From the NCBI RefSeq assembly GCF_009914755.1, contig NC_060942.1: DNA of 64,000 bases. One strand, 5' to 3'. The DNA comes from the human T2T-CHM13v2.0 reference genome, Homo sapiens. The notes beneath the pieces are model-generated. The model saw only the letters and a list, made by a program, of their open reading frames with translations. It searched no databases and was not told the DNA's origin. The translations under genes and the position numbers were made by a program. This document shows positions 1 to 15,535 of this stretch, one piece after another. How positions within the stretch are numbered: the first letter of the stretch is position 1; the number at the start of each line of letters is the position of its first letter.

Positions 1-31
1 AACACCATTTAAAGGTCAAGAGTAACCAAGA

Positions 32-855
<824 letters not shown>

Positions 856-2090
856 ATGTTATCTCTTATCTAAAAGATAACAATCCTTCAAGATCAAAAA
901 AGACAGGAAGAGACTGAAATATTGAAGGCTGGAGAGAACTAAGGAGAAAACAGCTAAAGGCAGAGTGGGTTCTGGGACAGAGGACACCCATGGGGACGGC
1001 TGAATTCCCATGGGGTCTGTGATTGAGGCAACGTTGTGTCACAGCAAAGATCCTGTTGTCAATAATTCTGCTATGGTTAGGTAGGATGTTACCAGCACAC
1101 TGTTTGGCTGGCTTTTGCACCTTTTCTGTAACTCTAAACTACGTTCATAGCAAGTTTGTTTTAAAGGTGTGTGTTAAGGATGTCTGGGGTTGAGGGCCTC
1201 ACTTGAGGCGTTTCCTCACTGACTCGGTCCTGCTTACTACCCCCTTCTGGATGCTCCCAACACACACAGTCTCAAGCAACACCCAAGCACACACACTTTA
1301 ACGCAACAAGACAAAGCATCACCCACAGAGCAGCATGGCAGAAACAAAGCCATGTGCAAGGTCCCAGGAAACCAGGTGGATACAAGGCCCATGCCTGTGC
1401 CCTCTCCTTCTGCCTGCAGACTGCAGACCCTGCTCCAGCATGAAAGCCCCTCAGGAGCAGAGCAGGCAAACCACAAACGCAGTCCTGCTGTCGGGGTCCC
1501 AGTGCTTACTCCATGAAGGGCCACTCCAGACTCCTACCCCACCATGACCCCAGTGGGGACTCTAAGCCAGAGCCCCTGCCCACCAATCCATCTCCTTTAC
1601 TTGCTATCTGGCCAAGGGACACACACGCTGACTTCTCTCCCCCCGAGGTGCACTTAAGCAGCAATGCCTGGGTGCATCTCAAAAAATTCCTCCAGATCTT
1701 TGTCTTCTTGTCAAAGATTGTCCTTGTAAGAAGACTGAGGTGTCAATTTCATAGTCCCTCCATCTGCATTTTTTGTCATGAGTCGCATAAGCTGCATACA
1801 CCACCTCAACTGGCTTGGGTGCTGGAACCTGGGCTGAAAGGATGGGGGAGGACAGAGGTTCAAGCCACAGCAAATATCAAAATAGAAGTGAGTTGTCCCC
1901 TAAAGAATTCCAGGTGTAAGATTCTGCCACCTTCTCTCACGCACATAATGATTCCAGCCCACCCTCAGAATTTCAGCTTTGTCTTGCAGGTGTCAGCATT
2001 TCCGCCATTCCTCAGTTATTCAGTGAAGGGACTACTGAAAATTCCATGACTTCTTCTGCTCACATAGTCTCACCCTTCCTCCTAGCACCT

Positions 2091-2485
2091 TGTAAACCAA
2101 AAATAAAATTCTGAGTTCCTCCGCCAAATCCTCTGAATGGATCCCTCCTCTTGGCCAGGGCATTCCAACATTAACCTGAGATACTGGCTCAGGTCATGAC
2201 AGGAAGAGGGTGTTAGACAAGCCTCATTATGACCTCCTCCCTTTTTGATTTCAAGACAAGCTGACCAGCGTTAAGATCAACATAGATCTTAACTCTGATA
2301 AGAAGCATTTACAGTCTATTCTCTCTGAAGCCTGCTACCTGGAGGCTTCATCTGCATGATAAAACTTTGGTTTCTGAAACCTCTTATGGCAGCTCAGACA
2401 TTCCTTTCTATTGATAATAACTCTTTCAGCCAGTTGCCAATCAGAACAATTTTAAATCTACCTATAACCTGGAAGCACCCCTGCT
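2091..2485 (+). mobile_element. MER4-family ERV1 LTR, 3'-truncated
   Basis: Starts TGTAAACCAAAAATAAAATTCT; contains CTCTCTGAAGCCTGCTACCTGGAGGCTTCATCTGCATGATAAAAC, typical of MER4 LTRs (recalled consensus). Confidence 0.8.
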
Positions 2486-3844
2486 AATGTATATAAAAAT
2501 ATCCAGCTCCAATCTGCACTTGAAAACATTATTAATAATACTATCTATAAAACAAGGATTTGACTGAGATGGTCCTTTTTGGGTATCTCCCAGCTCAGCC
2601 ACTCTGATGTTAGAGCTCTGATTCCCTGGAGTGGCTGAGCCTCACCAGCTTTTGAAAGTCAGCGTTCTGTACTAGTGGGTTATGCTGGAAGGGACAGAGC
2701 TCTCGGAGTTCAACACCCAATTTTTAATCCTGGCATAACCTTCTTCTTTGGGGCCATTGAGCAAGGAGTGACATCACCTCCTCAGAGTCACGGTGCAGCT
2801 TGAATTGTTCACAGCATGTGAGTGCTCCTTATCCCTTATCCCTCCCACAGAGCCTGGAGCATTCTAACACAGTTCCCCCTGCCCTCGCCCATTTCCTACA
2901 TAAGTGGGGACGATTCTTGAAGCTGGCATTTTACAGAAGCAGAAGAACACTCAGTAAAGCTAAATAGATGATGAAGAACAAAAACATCTTAAAATATTCT
3001 AAGTTTGGTTTATAGTGACCACAAAGGAATACATGAAAAATACCATTTTAGACTCAATAAGGATATTGGAGTTTTGTCCGTTATAATTTTTAATCTTTGC
3101 TCAATTTCTTTTTAATATTTTTTTCCCATAATATTTGACTTTGGGGCCATGAATGGATCAGACAGTGTTTTTTTCTTCTGAATTCTAGCTGCAGCACTAA
3201 ACAATTTCTACACTTGAAGAATGCTGGGTAATACTAGGGCTCAGCAGTGTTGCTTCTCCTTTTCTTTTTCTGGGCATGTGGGAAACTGCACTTTACAAGG
3301 TCCTTCCACGGGGGTTTACTTTCTTCCTCAGCCTAGAAGTGACACAGGTCTCTTGGGCTGCCGTTTAATTGGTCAAATCTGGACACCTTTGCTCCACCTG
3401 AGTCTGCACTCTCTTTCCTTTCTTCAGTCAAAGATGTTCTTGATGGAGTCCCTGTCAGCCTGGATCCCAGAGTGCTGATGTGGAGCAGAAAACTCCTTGC
3501 CCCAAGTTGGACATGTAGCATGGGTGAGAAATAAATCTAAGTGTATGTTTTGGGAATTTCAAAGTGCATTTGTTATTGCAGGATAACCTAGTAACTGCTG
3601 AATAATATAGAAGGTCTAATGGCAACAGGTTAAAAAAAGTAAGAAAGGCCACATCAAATCACTTTGTAGCAATTGCACCTACCTGGCTCTGCTAATAAAC
3701 GAGGAAAGAATAAGAAAGTAGTGATAGTCCTAACATACCTAAAACATAACAACTTACAATAATCACTTCTCCAAAATCCTTCTACTTAAAGGATTCCACA
3801 GATGTTTGCTGATGAGTTAGCCAACTTGAAGTTGAATTGATCAT

Positions 3845-4580
3845 TATAGTTTATTTGTTCCTTCAATAAATATGTGCCAGGTTTGTCATCATGTGGTAGG
3901 TAACAGGCAACTAACAAGATGGACATGTCATATTTACAGTATGATAGATGGTGATAACTGCTATGTTCAAAAGAAAAATGCAGGAAAGAGGGTATGGAGT
4001 AAAGGGTGGTGTACGATTTTAAATAGGGTGGCAGGAAATTGCTTACTGAGAAGGTGAGAGAATAAGCTATGCTGATATCAGAAAGAAAAAGTGACATAGG
4101 CAGAAGGGACAGGAAGTGCAAATGGGCTGAGCTAGAACTTTGTCTGGTCCCTTCCAAGGTTAGCAGAGAGGCCAGGGAGCTGAGAGAAGCAAGCAAGAGG
4201 GGAAGTGGGAGGAGAGGAGGGTAGTTGTCTATGGGTGAGGATGTAGGCAGATCAAACTTGCAAGACCTTATAGCTCTGTAGGTAAGGCAGATTCTACCAA
4301 GTCCGAGGGCAGAAGCAAGGCAGAGTAGAGCAACAGCAGAGGAGCGCCATGCTCTGACTGGATGGGGAAGAATCTGGATTGAAGTGCCAGGGGAGGAGCT
4401 TTGAGACCAGTTTGGAAGCCATTGCAACAGCCCAGGTGGGAAGTGATAGCCTCTGGCCAGGGTGGCAGTGGGGCAAGGGTGAGGAATGGTGAGACGCAAG
4501 AAGGCAAGTAGAGCTGCAGGTATTGCGATGGATCAGATGTGCAGTGTAAGCGTCCACGACGATGCTGAGAGTTTTGGCCT
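3845..4580 (-). mobile_element. Degenerate L2 LINE fragment(s); boundaries approximate
   Basis: TTCAATAAATATGTGCCAGG reverse 3' end and GAGACCAGTTTGGAAGCCATTGCAACAGCCCAGGTG, L2-like. Confidence 0.6.
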
Positions 4581-5469
4581 CAATAACCATTTTTTGATCA
4601 TCTTATGATCATCACGCCCACATGTCAGTAGAGGCACCATTAATCATACATGGAGAAATACAAACCTGGAGAGATGGAATCATGTTTCCGAGATCACAAA
4701 CGTGGCAGGTCCAGGGATCTGGACACACCCCTGTGATCCACATTCCCCTGACCCCAGATCTCCTGCGTCCCATTTCTCCCCATAACTGCATCCTCTTGGA
4801 GGCCATCGGAAGCAGAATGAGAAGCAAGTCATTATGACCAAGAAAAGTCCTTGCCAGATGTCTGTCTTCATTCTCTCTGAAAGCCCACACGCCACCCAAT
4901 CGGCTTCTGAATTACACGGGATCTAAAGGAGTGTTTCCTTTTGTTATTTGCAAAATAAGAAGGGGTCACTTCTAAGCTTTTTCTATGCACATCCTCTTAC
5001 CATGAATCACTATTTCATGTTCAGTGTGTGGGCGCGAAATATTGGAAGCCTTCTGGGGGTTGCTGCTGGGGAAGAATGTTTCATTGTGTAACCACAGACA
5101 TGGGCTACTCCAGAGTTCTTGACAAATGTCCATGTGTTTTCTGACCACCCTGCAAGGAGGCGGCACTGGTTTGAACTTGGCCTATGCACCTCACTTCAGC
5201 TCTGAGACACATGGACATTCCCGGGTCTGCCACAGGCTCTGTGGAGGGCGGCTGAGTACAAGACACAGCCATCCGCTCTCCTTTCATGCCTTGGAAGGAA
5301 TGCCCATCGAATCCTTCCTTGCATCCCTTTAGGATGTTTTCTTGGGACTTAGAAAAACACCATTTTCTTTCACACAGGATAGAAGAATTTTTTCCCAAAG
5401 GTTGAGCTCAATAGCATGAACTTGAGGCTTTTTTTTCCTCAAATTGTGGTTGATGGCCATCTGTCTGTC

Positions 5470-5617
5470 ACTGGAGGTATTTTTCTTAAATGAAGATTCC
5501 TGAACCCCACCCAAATTACCTGAAATTAAAATAGTTGGGGTGAGGCCAGGAATACCTGCATTGTGAGCAAGCTCCCCAGATTATTTTTATATCCACTATG
5601 TCTAAGCTTCAGAACTG
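5470..5617. mobile_element. MER5-like hAT-Charlie relic
   Basis: GATTCCTGAACCCCACCC...GGGGTGAGGCCAGGAATACCTGCATT...AAGCTCCCCAG resembles MER5A. Confidence 0.55.
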
Positions 5618-6237
5618 GATGAAGAACCAGAAATGCAAAGCTCTAGTCCTGTGGGAGCCCCTGCATTCACTACTTGAGACCATTTTGAGGCCAGCAGACC
5701 CCAGCTGGATCCCATCTTCTCTACCGCCAGTCCTGCCCTCCCCAGCAGGCATACAAGAGCTGCAGGGACCAGGCTGCCCCTAGCCCTCTGATAAATGCTG
5801 TCACAGCCTGGCTGCAGGTACCAGGACTCAGAGGTTGTCCCGGGCTTCCCCAGTCTGGGTAAGAAGCAGCTGTGATGGATGGCCCCAGAGGGACAGGCTG
5901 ACCCAGGCCCCCTTTCTGGTCCTGATGAGAACTGTGCAGCAAGCTCATAGCCAGGACTGTTGGTACATCAACTGACAAAGAAGGACTTGGCCTCTGGTGA
6001 GCATAAAATCCTGCCTTGACTAAGGTTGAGGGGGTGGAATTGACCTTTCCAGAATGTGCACCCTTCCCCTTAGTCTAAACAAATCCTTTTGCCCTTTTCC
6101 ACTCAGCTGAGGGCCAGGCCCCCTTCCTGACTGCCCCAGCTCACACGAGCCCCCTTCTCGAAATCCCATTGCGCTCCCCATCGCCATTGGCCTCACCTTA
6201 CTCCGTCTTGCCTTTTCATTGCTGATTCATGTGGGTT

Positions 6238-6410
6238 ACTGTGGTGCAGTGGAAAGAGTGCAGACCTTGAGCCAGCAGATCCAGGTGTGAATCGCAGCTG
6301 TAGAGTGCAGTGTCTACCTCTCAGAGTCTCAGGGTCTTGTGTGTTCAGTGGTGATGAGACCACACAGCATCGTGCAGGGTGAAATAACATGACCCATGGA
6401 AAGCTCTTGA
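6238..6410 (+). mobile_element. MIR fragment
   Basis: GTGGTGCAGTGGAAAGAGTGCAGACCTTGAGCCAGCAGATCCAGGTGTGAATC resembles the tRNA-derived MIR head. Confidence 0.6.
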
Positions 6411-6499
6411 TGCAAAATGAGACTCCTCCCTGTCCTGCAGAGCATACCAGTTTAAGCTATATTAGATACAGCTCTGCTTTTCTGTTCCTAGAAAGTTTG

Positions 6500-6752
6500 A
6501 CAGCAGCTGACATTTCCTGAGTACTTACTGCCTGCTAGGCACTGTGCTAAGTTCTTTCATGTGTTATTTCAGTCAATGATCCCAACCACCCTGTCAGATA
6601 GGTCCTATTATTATCCCCATTCCACAGATCTGAAAAATAGAGGTTAGCTTGGTTAAGCCATCTGCCAAAGAGCAGATAGTGATAAGCTGTGGTCAGAAAT
6701 CAAACCCAGGTGTGTCTGGTTCCAGGGCCCGTGGGATGCTAGTCTCTGACCA
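6500..6752 (-). mobile_element. MIR (near full length)
   Basis: CTGAGTACTTACTG...GGCACTGTGCTAAG...ATTATTATCCCCATTCCACAGAT...AAACCCAGGTGTGTCTGGTTCCAG, MIR core. Confidence 0.75.
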
Positions 6753-6790
6753 CAACTCACATGAGTATTATGTGAGTTGTGACTCACATA
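6751..6790. repeat. Three-armed inverted repeat
   Basis: CACAACTCACAT (6751-6762) / ATGTGAGTTGTG (6770-6781) is perfect over 12 bp; TATGTGAGT (6769-6777) / ACTCACATA (6782-6790) is perfect over 9 bp. Confidence 0.9.
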
Positions 6791-8902
6791 CACACTTGCT
6801 GACTGTAAGTTTCTGGATGTTTTCATGTCAATGAATACTGTAACGAACCAACCAAGTTCCTAATTTTTTTTAAGGGCAATGGTTCCTTCATCCTTATAGT
6901 CCCACGACTACACTATAAATTCCCACAATCCACCTCTAAGCACCTCTAAACCCAAATTATTTTCCTTCTAAAATAAACCAGTATAATAAATAACAACAGT
7001 AATGATCATGGTAACAATAAACATTTTGAACGTAGTTTTTCTCTTCTTTTTCTCCTTTTGTTTCATGACAGTGGATAATGTGAGAGTGGAGAATGGAACA
7101 GAAGCTTGGAGAGGTGACGGCAGCGACTGAGCAATGTGTGTTTGTTGTACCTACCCTCTGTCAGGGCTGTCTGGGGAGAGCCGTGATGGGGTGCAGGGCG
7201 AGGCGTCTTATACCATGCTCGTCACTCTGGAGGAAACACAACTCCAATCACAAGAACTGAGCTGAAGTCTCTGGTTCGTTATTTTTTGTTTTGTAGCTGA
7301 GAATGTTAGTAAGCTCTGCTGCTGTTCCACACACAATAATGCCAACTTCCTTGTGAGTCACTGAAGAACATGGAATGTGGTGTGTGAATTGCTTCGAAGA
7401 CCCTGACTGGCCACCCGAACAACAGGTGTCAGTTCTGAATTTAGGAGGTGCTTAGTAAATGTTTACTTCGGGATTTTAATTATAAATAATTGTCTTAATC
7501 CTAAATTATTGAATTTGACCACACTTGGAGGAGGCAGATCTTGAGTTCACTGGGTTCATTACCTGTAGCATTATACACCCACCTGGATCAGTTAATAAAA
7601 ATGGATAAGCAAGAGCTACAATGAGCATCCGAGAAACACATGCCTGCCTGACCGCACACATCTGACAGTCAAAGTCAGTGACATTTCAGTGCTTTTCCAA
7701 CCACCAATTCATATGATCCTCATACTGGGTGAGCACCGACGTTCTGTAGATAAGTAAATGAGGAGAAGTCGGTCCACTTTACATAAGCTTGAATCATATG
7801 TGTCAACAAAAAAAAAAAAGTAGGGGGATGTTAACATCTTTAACCATTGTGTTCCAGAAGGTAATTTTCTCCCCACCTCACTGTAGGAAACTGTGTAGCA
7901 TCATTTTGCTGTTTATTCTGTCTACTCTCTTTCTTTGAAGAAATAAGTGTGATAACATAATTTCTAACTCTGTTAATCAGTAATTAAGACAAGAGAAGAC
8001 ATTGTTTTACTGGTAGTAAATTTGTAAGAGTAAAGCACATAAAATTGATTTGAACAATTTCCAGTGATATGCTTTTTAAAATATTTACTCTTAACTTTTC
8101 AGTAATCACATTGAGGTTTTTCTATTATCAGTATTTTAAAATGAAATTTTTAATAGTGCTGTATAAAAATTGATTTATGTCATACTAAAAACCATTTCCA
8201 GCTGATTAGTTTCTGCTGTATCTTAGGCTAACTCAAGTGCACAAAATTTACATTTAGCTGTATTTGGCTCTTGGACCTGTTATAAAATATTAGTGATGAA
8301 AACCCCTTAGTTTTAGCATGGTGTCTCTTAGCACAAATTCAGTTACAAACAGTTAAAATTTCTAAATTCTCTGCTGTAGACTTTCACATATTGGATTGTC
8401 ATAATAAGCTTCAAAAAGAAGAAAATAAACACTTTTATATACAGTTATATATATATAAAACAATTTCAAAAATAGAAGAAAGTGAAAACATTTTATTTTA
8501 TCAGCAAAATAAAAGTAAATACACATTTGTATGTATATTTAAAGTTGCAAAAATGTTTAATAGTGAACATCGTTAGGAGAATGTAATAAATGATAAATGT
8601 TCATTCTTTCTCATACATTTTTCTAGCTAAGTATGTGACTATAGCATGTGCTGCCTCGTTAGGTAACAAAAAATTTCTTGGATTTGACATTCAAGAAAAA
8701 CTGCATTACTGTAATTAAATTAAAAATTAACTGTAATACTACCTCTAGTGATAATTCTTAAATTATTTTTCTTCAATGTTTTTCCAATGATTGTTTTATG
8801 ATCTGTGAATGGATTCATAATTTTCATATTTTCAAATCAGAGCCCTTATGAAATAGTAATTTAAAAATTACTTTGAAGCATTCAGAAAATTATTTGTGCT
8901 GC

Positions 8903-9183
8903 TTTTTTTTTTTTTTTTGTGATGGAGTCTCGCTGTGTTGCCCAGGCTGGAGTGCAATGGCGTGATCTCAGCTCACTACAAACCTCCACCTCCCGGGTTC
9001 AAGCAATCCTTCCACCTCAGCCTCCTGAATAGCTGGGACTACAGGCACGCACCACCATACCTGGCTAATTTTTGTATTTTTAGTAGAGACAGGGTTTCAC
9101 TATATTGGCTAGGCTGGTCCCGAACTCCTGACCTCAAGTGATTCACCTGCTTCGGCCTCCCAGAGTGCTGGAATTACAGGCAT
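8903..9183 (-). mobile_element. Alu SINE (AluS), slightly 5'-truncated
   Basis: Poly(T) then reverse Alu, ending at GGAATTACAGGCAT. Confidence 0.95.
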
Positions 9184-10027
9184 AGGAAAAGTATTTTTGT
9201 TGAAGTGCAGTGATATCGGCAATTTGAAAAATCAAAGAGACGTCTCATAGTGAACTTTTTTTGTGCATTTCAAAACATTTTAACTTTCTTAAATATGTGA
9301 GTTTAACTCCAAAATTGAAGACAAGTCATCATTCCTTGAAGATTCAGCTTAAGTAAAAGACACATCTATGGGAGTTTTGCAATTCATTCTTCCAAGAATA
9401 TTTAGCCAAATATTAAAGAATTGTCCATTTAAGACTATAAACTAATAATCTTTTGAAAAATCTTCTTTCCAAGTAAACAAACTTTATTCAACATTAAGTA
9501 ATAAATGCATTCTTATTCTCTTTTTAAAGAGAAGTGTTACATTTTTATGTCATGTATTGCCCTTAATAAAATATACACTTGTACAGATTATACAAGAACT
9601 TTAGTTAAGCGTGAAAGCATTTGTGAGGGATGGATGCTGCACAGTGTTGGCAATGACCAAACTAATGTGTGCATGTCAATCTGGCCTTGCCAGTTTGTTT
9701 AATTCTATTTCTTACACTAGATCATCTGCCAATCATATTCACCAGCCCACCCAGAAACAGTTCAATACATTTTCTATACAGATATTTTGATAATAAATGT
9801 ATGTAATTATAGATTAAATATGTCAAACCAGGTACCTGAGAAGTGATTGAATAGCCTCATATTAATTCTACTTTCATATTATAATCAACAAACCAAAAAC
9901 AGAATGTAAGGGCTATGCTTAAGATACCAATTAGCTTATCATCTACCAGACTAATCATTTTTATATTTTAGAATGTTTAGTGTTTTTGAATCAATATGGA
10001 ATGTATGAATAGTGGTGGTTTTCATTC

Positions 10028-10261
10028 TTTTTTTTTTTTTTTTTTGAGATGGAGTTTTGTTCTTGTTGCTCAGGCTGGAGTGCAATGGCATGATCTCGCT
10101 CTCTGCAACCTCTGCCTGCCACCACACCTGGGTACTTTTTTTGTATTTTTAGTAGAGACGGGGTTTCACCACGTTGGCCAGGCTGGTCTCGAACTCAGGT
10201 GTTCTGCCTGCCTTGGCCTCTCGAAGTGCTGGGATTACAGGCGTGAGCCACGGCGCTGAGC
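10028..10261 (-). mobile_element. Alu SINE (Sq/Sp-like) with two internal deletions
   Basis: Reverse Alu; about 60 nt missing at CTCTGCC|TGCCACCAC (~10116) and 8 nt missing at GAACTC|AGGT (~10196). Confidence 0.93.
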
Positions 10262-10419
10262 TGAGTTCTGATGAATTCTGATAAACCTCCCTCTCCTAAT
10301 ATGAGAAGTGAGTGTGTAATGGCACCTACTTCATGAAGATGGTGAGAGGATTAAATGAAATATGTGTACAGTCTTACCTAGTCAGCACACAATAAATGAT
10401 AGCTGTTTTCAGTTTACAG

Positions 10420-10784
10420 TTGTTTTGGTTTCCTAGGGCTGCCATAACAATGTGCTGCACACCAGGTGCTTAAACAACAGATTTTTGTTTTCCTACCATT
10501 CTGGAAGCCAGAAGTTCAAGATCAAGGTTCCAGCAGGGTTGGTTTCTTCTGAGGCCTCTTTCCTTGGCTTTAGATGGCTGTCTTCTTGCTTACCCTCATG
10601 TGGTCTTTCTTTTATGCATTTTCTGATACTTAATCCCTCCCCTTATAAGAACACCAGTGATACCAGATTATGATCCACTCTAATGGCCTCCTTTTAACAT
10701 AATTACCTCTTTCATTCTGAGCTACCGACTCAGAATGAAATGTATGAATTTTGAGGGGAGGGGAACCCATTTTGACCCATAACA
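10420..10784 (-). mobile_element. MLT1A-type MaLR LTR
   Basis: TTTCCTAGGGCTGCCATAACAA...CTTAAACAACAGA...CTGGAAGCCAGAAGTTCAAGATCAAGGT...CCCATAACA. Confidence 0.85.
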
Positions 10785-11244
10785 ATGGTCAACAATAAAG
10801 TTTTGTAGAATGGCAAAACATGGCTATGGAAAACTACTCATCTCTTTAGCACTCATTTTACAAAAGATCAAGCTGATAACCAAGAGGTAAAGTGTTTAGC
10901 CCAACTACACGGATTAATTTGTTCTGAACAAAGAATTTAGGCCATAAAAGCCTGATCTCTTTTCAGAAAAATTTAAAGCATCAAATACTTAATAGTTACT
11001 TAAATCAACATTTTAGCTCGTATTTTTCTGAAAATCTATTGAGAATATTTATTTCTCCTCAACCTTAAAAGTCCTTTAATTTTTTATTAAAAGTTAATTT
11101 GATGAAAATGTCTGCTTACCTTGATTCTACCTAATTTTTATGTCCTAATGATCCAATATCTTGCAGGCCATCTGGCCCTGATGATTTTTGTAAGTTCTCT
11201 GGTACAAAAAGTCACACAATATAGCTAAAATAGTATCGACTCAA

Positions 11245-11390
11245 CGCTTGTTAGCTCTTCTGCAAATAAGCTGTGTTATTTAGGCAACTGTCTTCACCTT
11301 TGTTGGCCTCAGTCTGTTTATCTGTAAAATGAGAGAATAAAGTTCTGTGATTTTGTGAAAAACTATTGAATTCGAATGATCGTGTGAATC
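11245..11390 (+). mobile_element. MIR fragment
   Basis: GCTGTGTTATTTAGGCAACTG...GGCCTCAGTCTGTTTATCTGTAAAATGAGA, MIR core. Confidence 0.6.
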
Positions 11391-12234
11391 AAGCTATGTT
11401 TCCCATAAGGACCACACCACCATCCAATTCCAACATGCATTTGTCGTCTGCATTTCTATACAGTGGATCAGAGCTGGAAATACTACTTCCATTGCCCTTA
11501 GATGACAATCAAGGCTGGATTCAGACTGTTAAAATGCATTTTACCATGACCACAGAAAATGCTGGAATTCCCATTTTCTGGATTTCAATCAGTATTAGCT
11601 TCATTCACTCTGGTTTAAATTATTCTCTATTTTTCCTCCAAGAATTTTTGGTGTGTCTTAAGAGTTGGGAATATTGATTATTTTCACCTTAAAAAACCCT
11701 GTCTTTTAGCCGGAAGCAAGGTTTGTGAGCCACGTTCACAATCTTCCTAGAAATAAACTCTCATGGAAATCGTATCATCTTAAGGAGACTCTCAAAAGTA
11801 TTTTAACATTTTGTCGAGAAAAAAGGGGCAAGTAAACCTACAATAGATGCCAGTGGGGCCAGAAATAAAGAACAGAGTGCAAAATTAAAACCCCAAATCA
11901 GTTCTAAAGATTGTGACCTTCACAGCAGAAGATTCACTGAGGACATTTGAGAGTCTAGTCATCTGTGTTGACTGTTCCTTTGATCATTCTGTGTTTAAGC
12001 ATATATCTCATTTACTCTCCCAACTGCCTAACAAATTATTTATAAAATTTTACAAAGAAAAGGAAACCCCCTAATAGCACTAGAAACTAGGCTATTCATT
12101 AGCACGCAAGGATGTCACCTGTCCCATCTGTGAGTATCTGGATAGATCTTGCCTCAATCAAGACGGGAAAAAAACAAAGCCAATGAAACACTTCTAGCCA
12201 CAGGAAAAGAAAAGTCCTATTCAGAAGAAGCATC

Positions 12235-12383
12235 AGCTGGGTGCAGTGGCTCACACCTGTAATCCCAGCACTTCGGGAGGCCGAGGTGAGAGGATAGCTT
12301 GAGTCCAGGAGTTCAAGACCAGCCTGGTTTACATAGCAAGACCCTGACTCAAAATAAATAAATAAATAAATAAATAAATATAA
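12235..12383 (+). mobile_element. Free left Alu monomer (FLAM_C-like) with (TAAA)n tail
   Basis: Single monomer with GGATAGCTTGAGTCCAGGAG; TSD AAGAAGCATC / AAGAAGCACC. Confidence 0.9.
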
Positions 12384-12431
12384 AAGAAGCACCTTACCAC
12401 AAGAAATACAAGAAAGTTTTCAAAAACATTA

Positions 12432-13167
<736 letters not shown>

Positions 13168-13801
13168 TTAAACTGACATTACTCATTTTCAACCACTGAG
13201 ATGTACTCTCCCCACCCCCCGACCCCATCCCATAAGCCTCCAGTTCATCTGGCCCCAGGGGGCTTCAGAGACCAAACCTCAAGTTCAGGAGAGAGAAGAC
13301 TGTTCATCTTATGATACTGAGGGCTGAGTCTGAAGCTGGGGTGAGTCATCCATCCAGTGAGTACTCTTGGAAGGCCATACTAATAAGGCTTTGGCTATTT
13401 TAGGATTAGTTTGTGGGGATTAGTAGGGCCTGTCACAGATATCCAGTGGGGCTTTGGTGAGCAGGCTATGGATAATACAGTCCATTATGTGTATACAATT
13501 TTTGCTACTATGTAAACATCAGAAGGGCATGTGTGGAGACAACTAAACAAATAGGCAAAAATAAAAATATTGGTAGTTGAGGTGCAGAGACAACGAGTGA
13601 GTGCCTCGCTTCCTGCCCTGGCCTTGGTGGCACTGTCATAATTATGGGGCCGCCCTCATTGTGTTCAAGCAATTACCCTGTAGCAGGCTGCCTGGGCTCT
13701 GCAGCCAGCCCCATCCCCCAGATAATGAGAGGAACATCTTCGTAGAGTTGTTGTGAGTGGTAAATGAACTCGTACACAGCACATTAAAAAGTCTAAGTTG
13801 T

Positions 13802-14197
<396 letters not shown>

Positions 14198-15224
14198 CTA
14201 GTACAGCACTACAGCAAAAAGTGTAGGATAAATGCTTGTTAAAAACCTGGATTTTAGTTTAAAAAATAATATTTTTCATATCGCATGGTTTTCAGCAAAA
14301 AATAAAACCTATCATTCTACGTTTCCTCATTGGGACGCCTCTGGTTTTGCTCTTGTCGCCCCGTGTAGCAGTTTAGATTTGTCATCAATTACAAAAGACA
14401 CAGAGTAACCTGGCCTCTATACTGTTCACCCATCTGTTGCTCTTTCATGAGGCAAACTCCTCACAGGTGATAAACGAACTTAACCCTAAAAGAAAATGAC
14501 ATCACCTGCATCTCAATGTAGTTCTGCAAGGCTGAGTCTGTGTTTCTGGCCCTGCCTATGCCGCTGATGGGCCTGCCAGGATTCTCTTCACTTGGTTTCT
14601 GCCCTTCAGTTCAGTTTCCTTATCTGCGAAGTCAGCTTTAGGCTTTGTTCCTGACAATGGGAGGGTTGGGAAAGGTGAGAGGCTGGGAGAAAGAAGGGAG
14701 GGTGAACAGGTGGAGTCTACACTTGCCTTCCCCTGCCCCTAGCAAAGCTGCCCCTGCTCCTGCCAGAGGCGTTGAGCTTCCACTTCCAAAAAGAAGTTAC
14801 TTCTGCCACATGCTTTGAAAATCACTTCACTCAATAATTGCCAAAGTTTCTTTCGCCTTCGACAGATTTTGACTCAGTCCACTCCTGCTTTGGAAGTGTA
14901 TATATATCTTTTATAACTTCAAAACTCTGACCAGAGGGAAATGAGTTCAATATATGGCTAAATAAGAGCAATGAAGTAGTGAAATGAAGGGTTACTTTGA
15001 TCTTTGTTAACAGCAACACGTATATATACAAATTCTCTCCCACCTGCCACCCATTCTAAACCCTTTCTTCATCCTGCGTTGAGTTCGAGTTTCAGTTAAA
15101 CTTGTCATCTCCATCAAATCACCCGGGTAGGGCAGGAGGTCATTTTCTTTATCTATCGATCACTCTATCTATCTATCATCTCTCACCGTAGCAGTTCACT
15201 CTGGAATGAAAGACTTTCAAATTT

Positions 15225-15535
15225 GTGGTTTCCTGAACATGTCAAATTCCTATCTGCCTTCATAGCTCTCTATATGCATATTCCCTCTTGCTGAGGAAGT
15301 TATTTCTTCACTGTTTACCCATTGAACATTCAGATATCCCATACTGTGATCTCTGGAGCCTACCTCTTTATAATTTATATCACAGGTAATTACAGTTATT
15401 TAAGTATGTATTTCCTCTCCTAAACTCTGAGTTCCTCCAGGGCTGGGACCACATCGGAATCACCTATCCCTTGCACTGAGCAGACACTAGATAATTATCA
15501 GGTGCTCAGGAATGTCTGATCAATACTGAATGCAG
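15225..15535 (+). mobile_element. L2 3' fragment; boundaries approximate
   Basis: CTAAACTCTGAGTTCCTCCAGGGCTGGGACCAC...GGTGCTCAGGAATGTCTG...TGAATG, L2 3' end pattern. Confidence 0.55.

Noticed and set aside
3786-4499. Longest ORF (237 aa, minus strand)
   Set aside because: Overlaps decayed L2; the peptide is Leu/Ser/Pro-rich and low in complexity, with no recognisable domain and a non-ATG start.
7950-9500. AT-rich block as a possible DNA-transposon coding relic
   Set aside because: I could not read any convincing transposase motif or TIR by eye.
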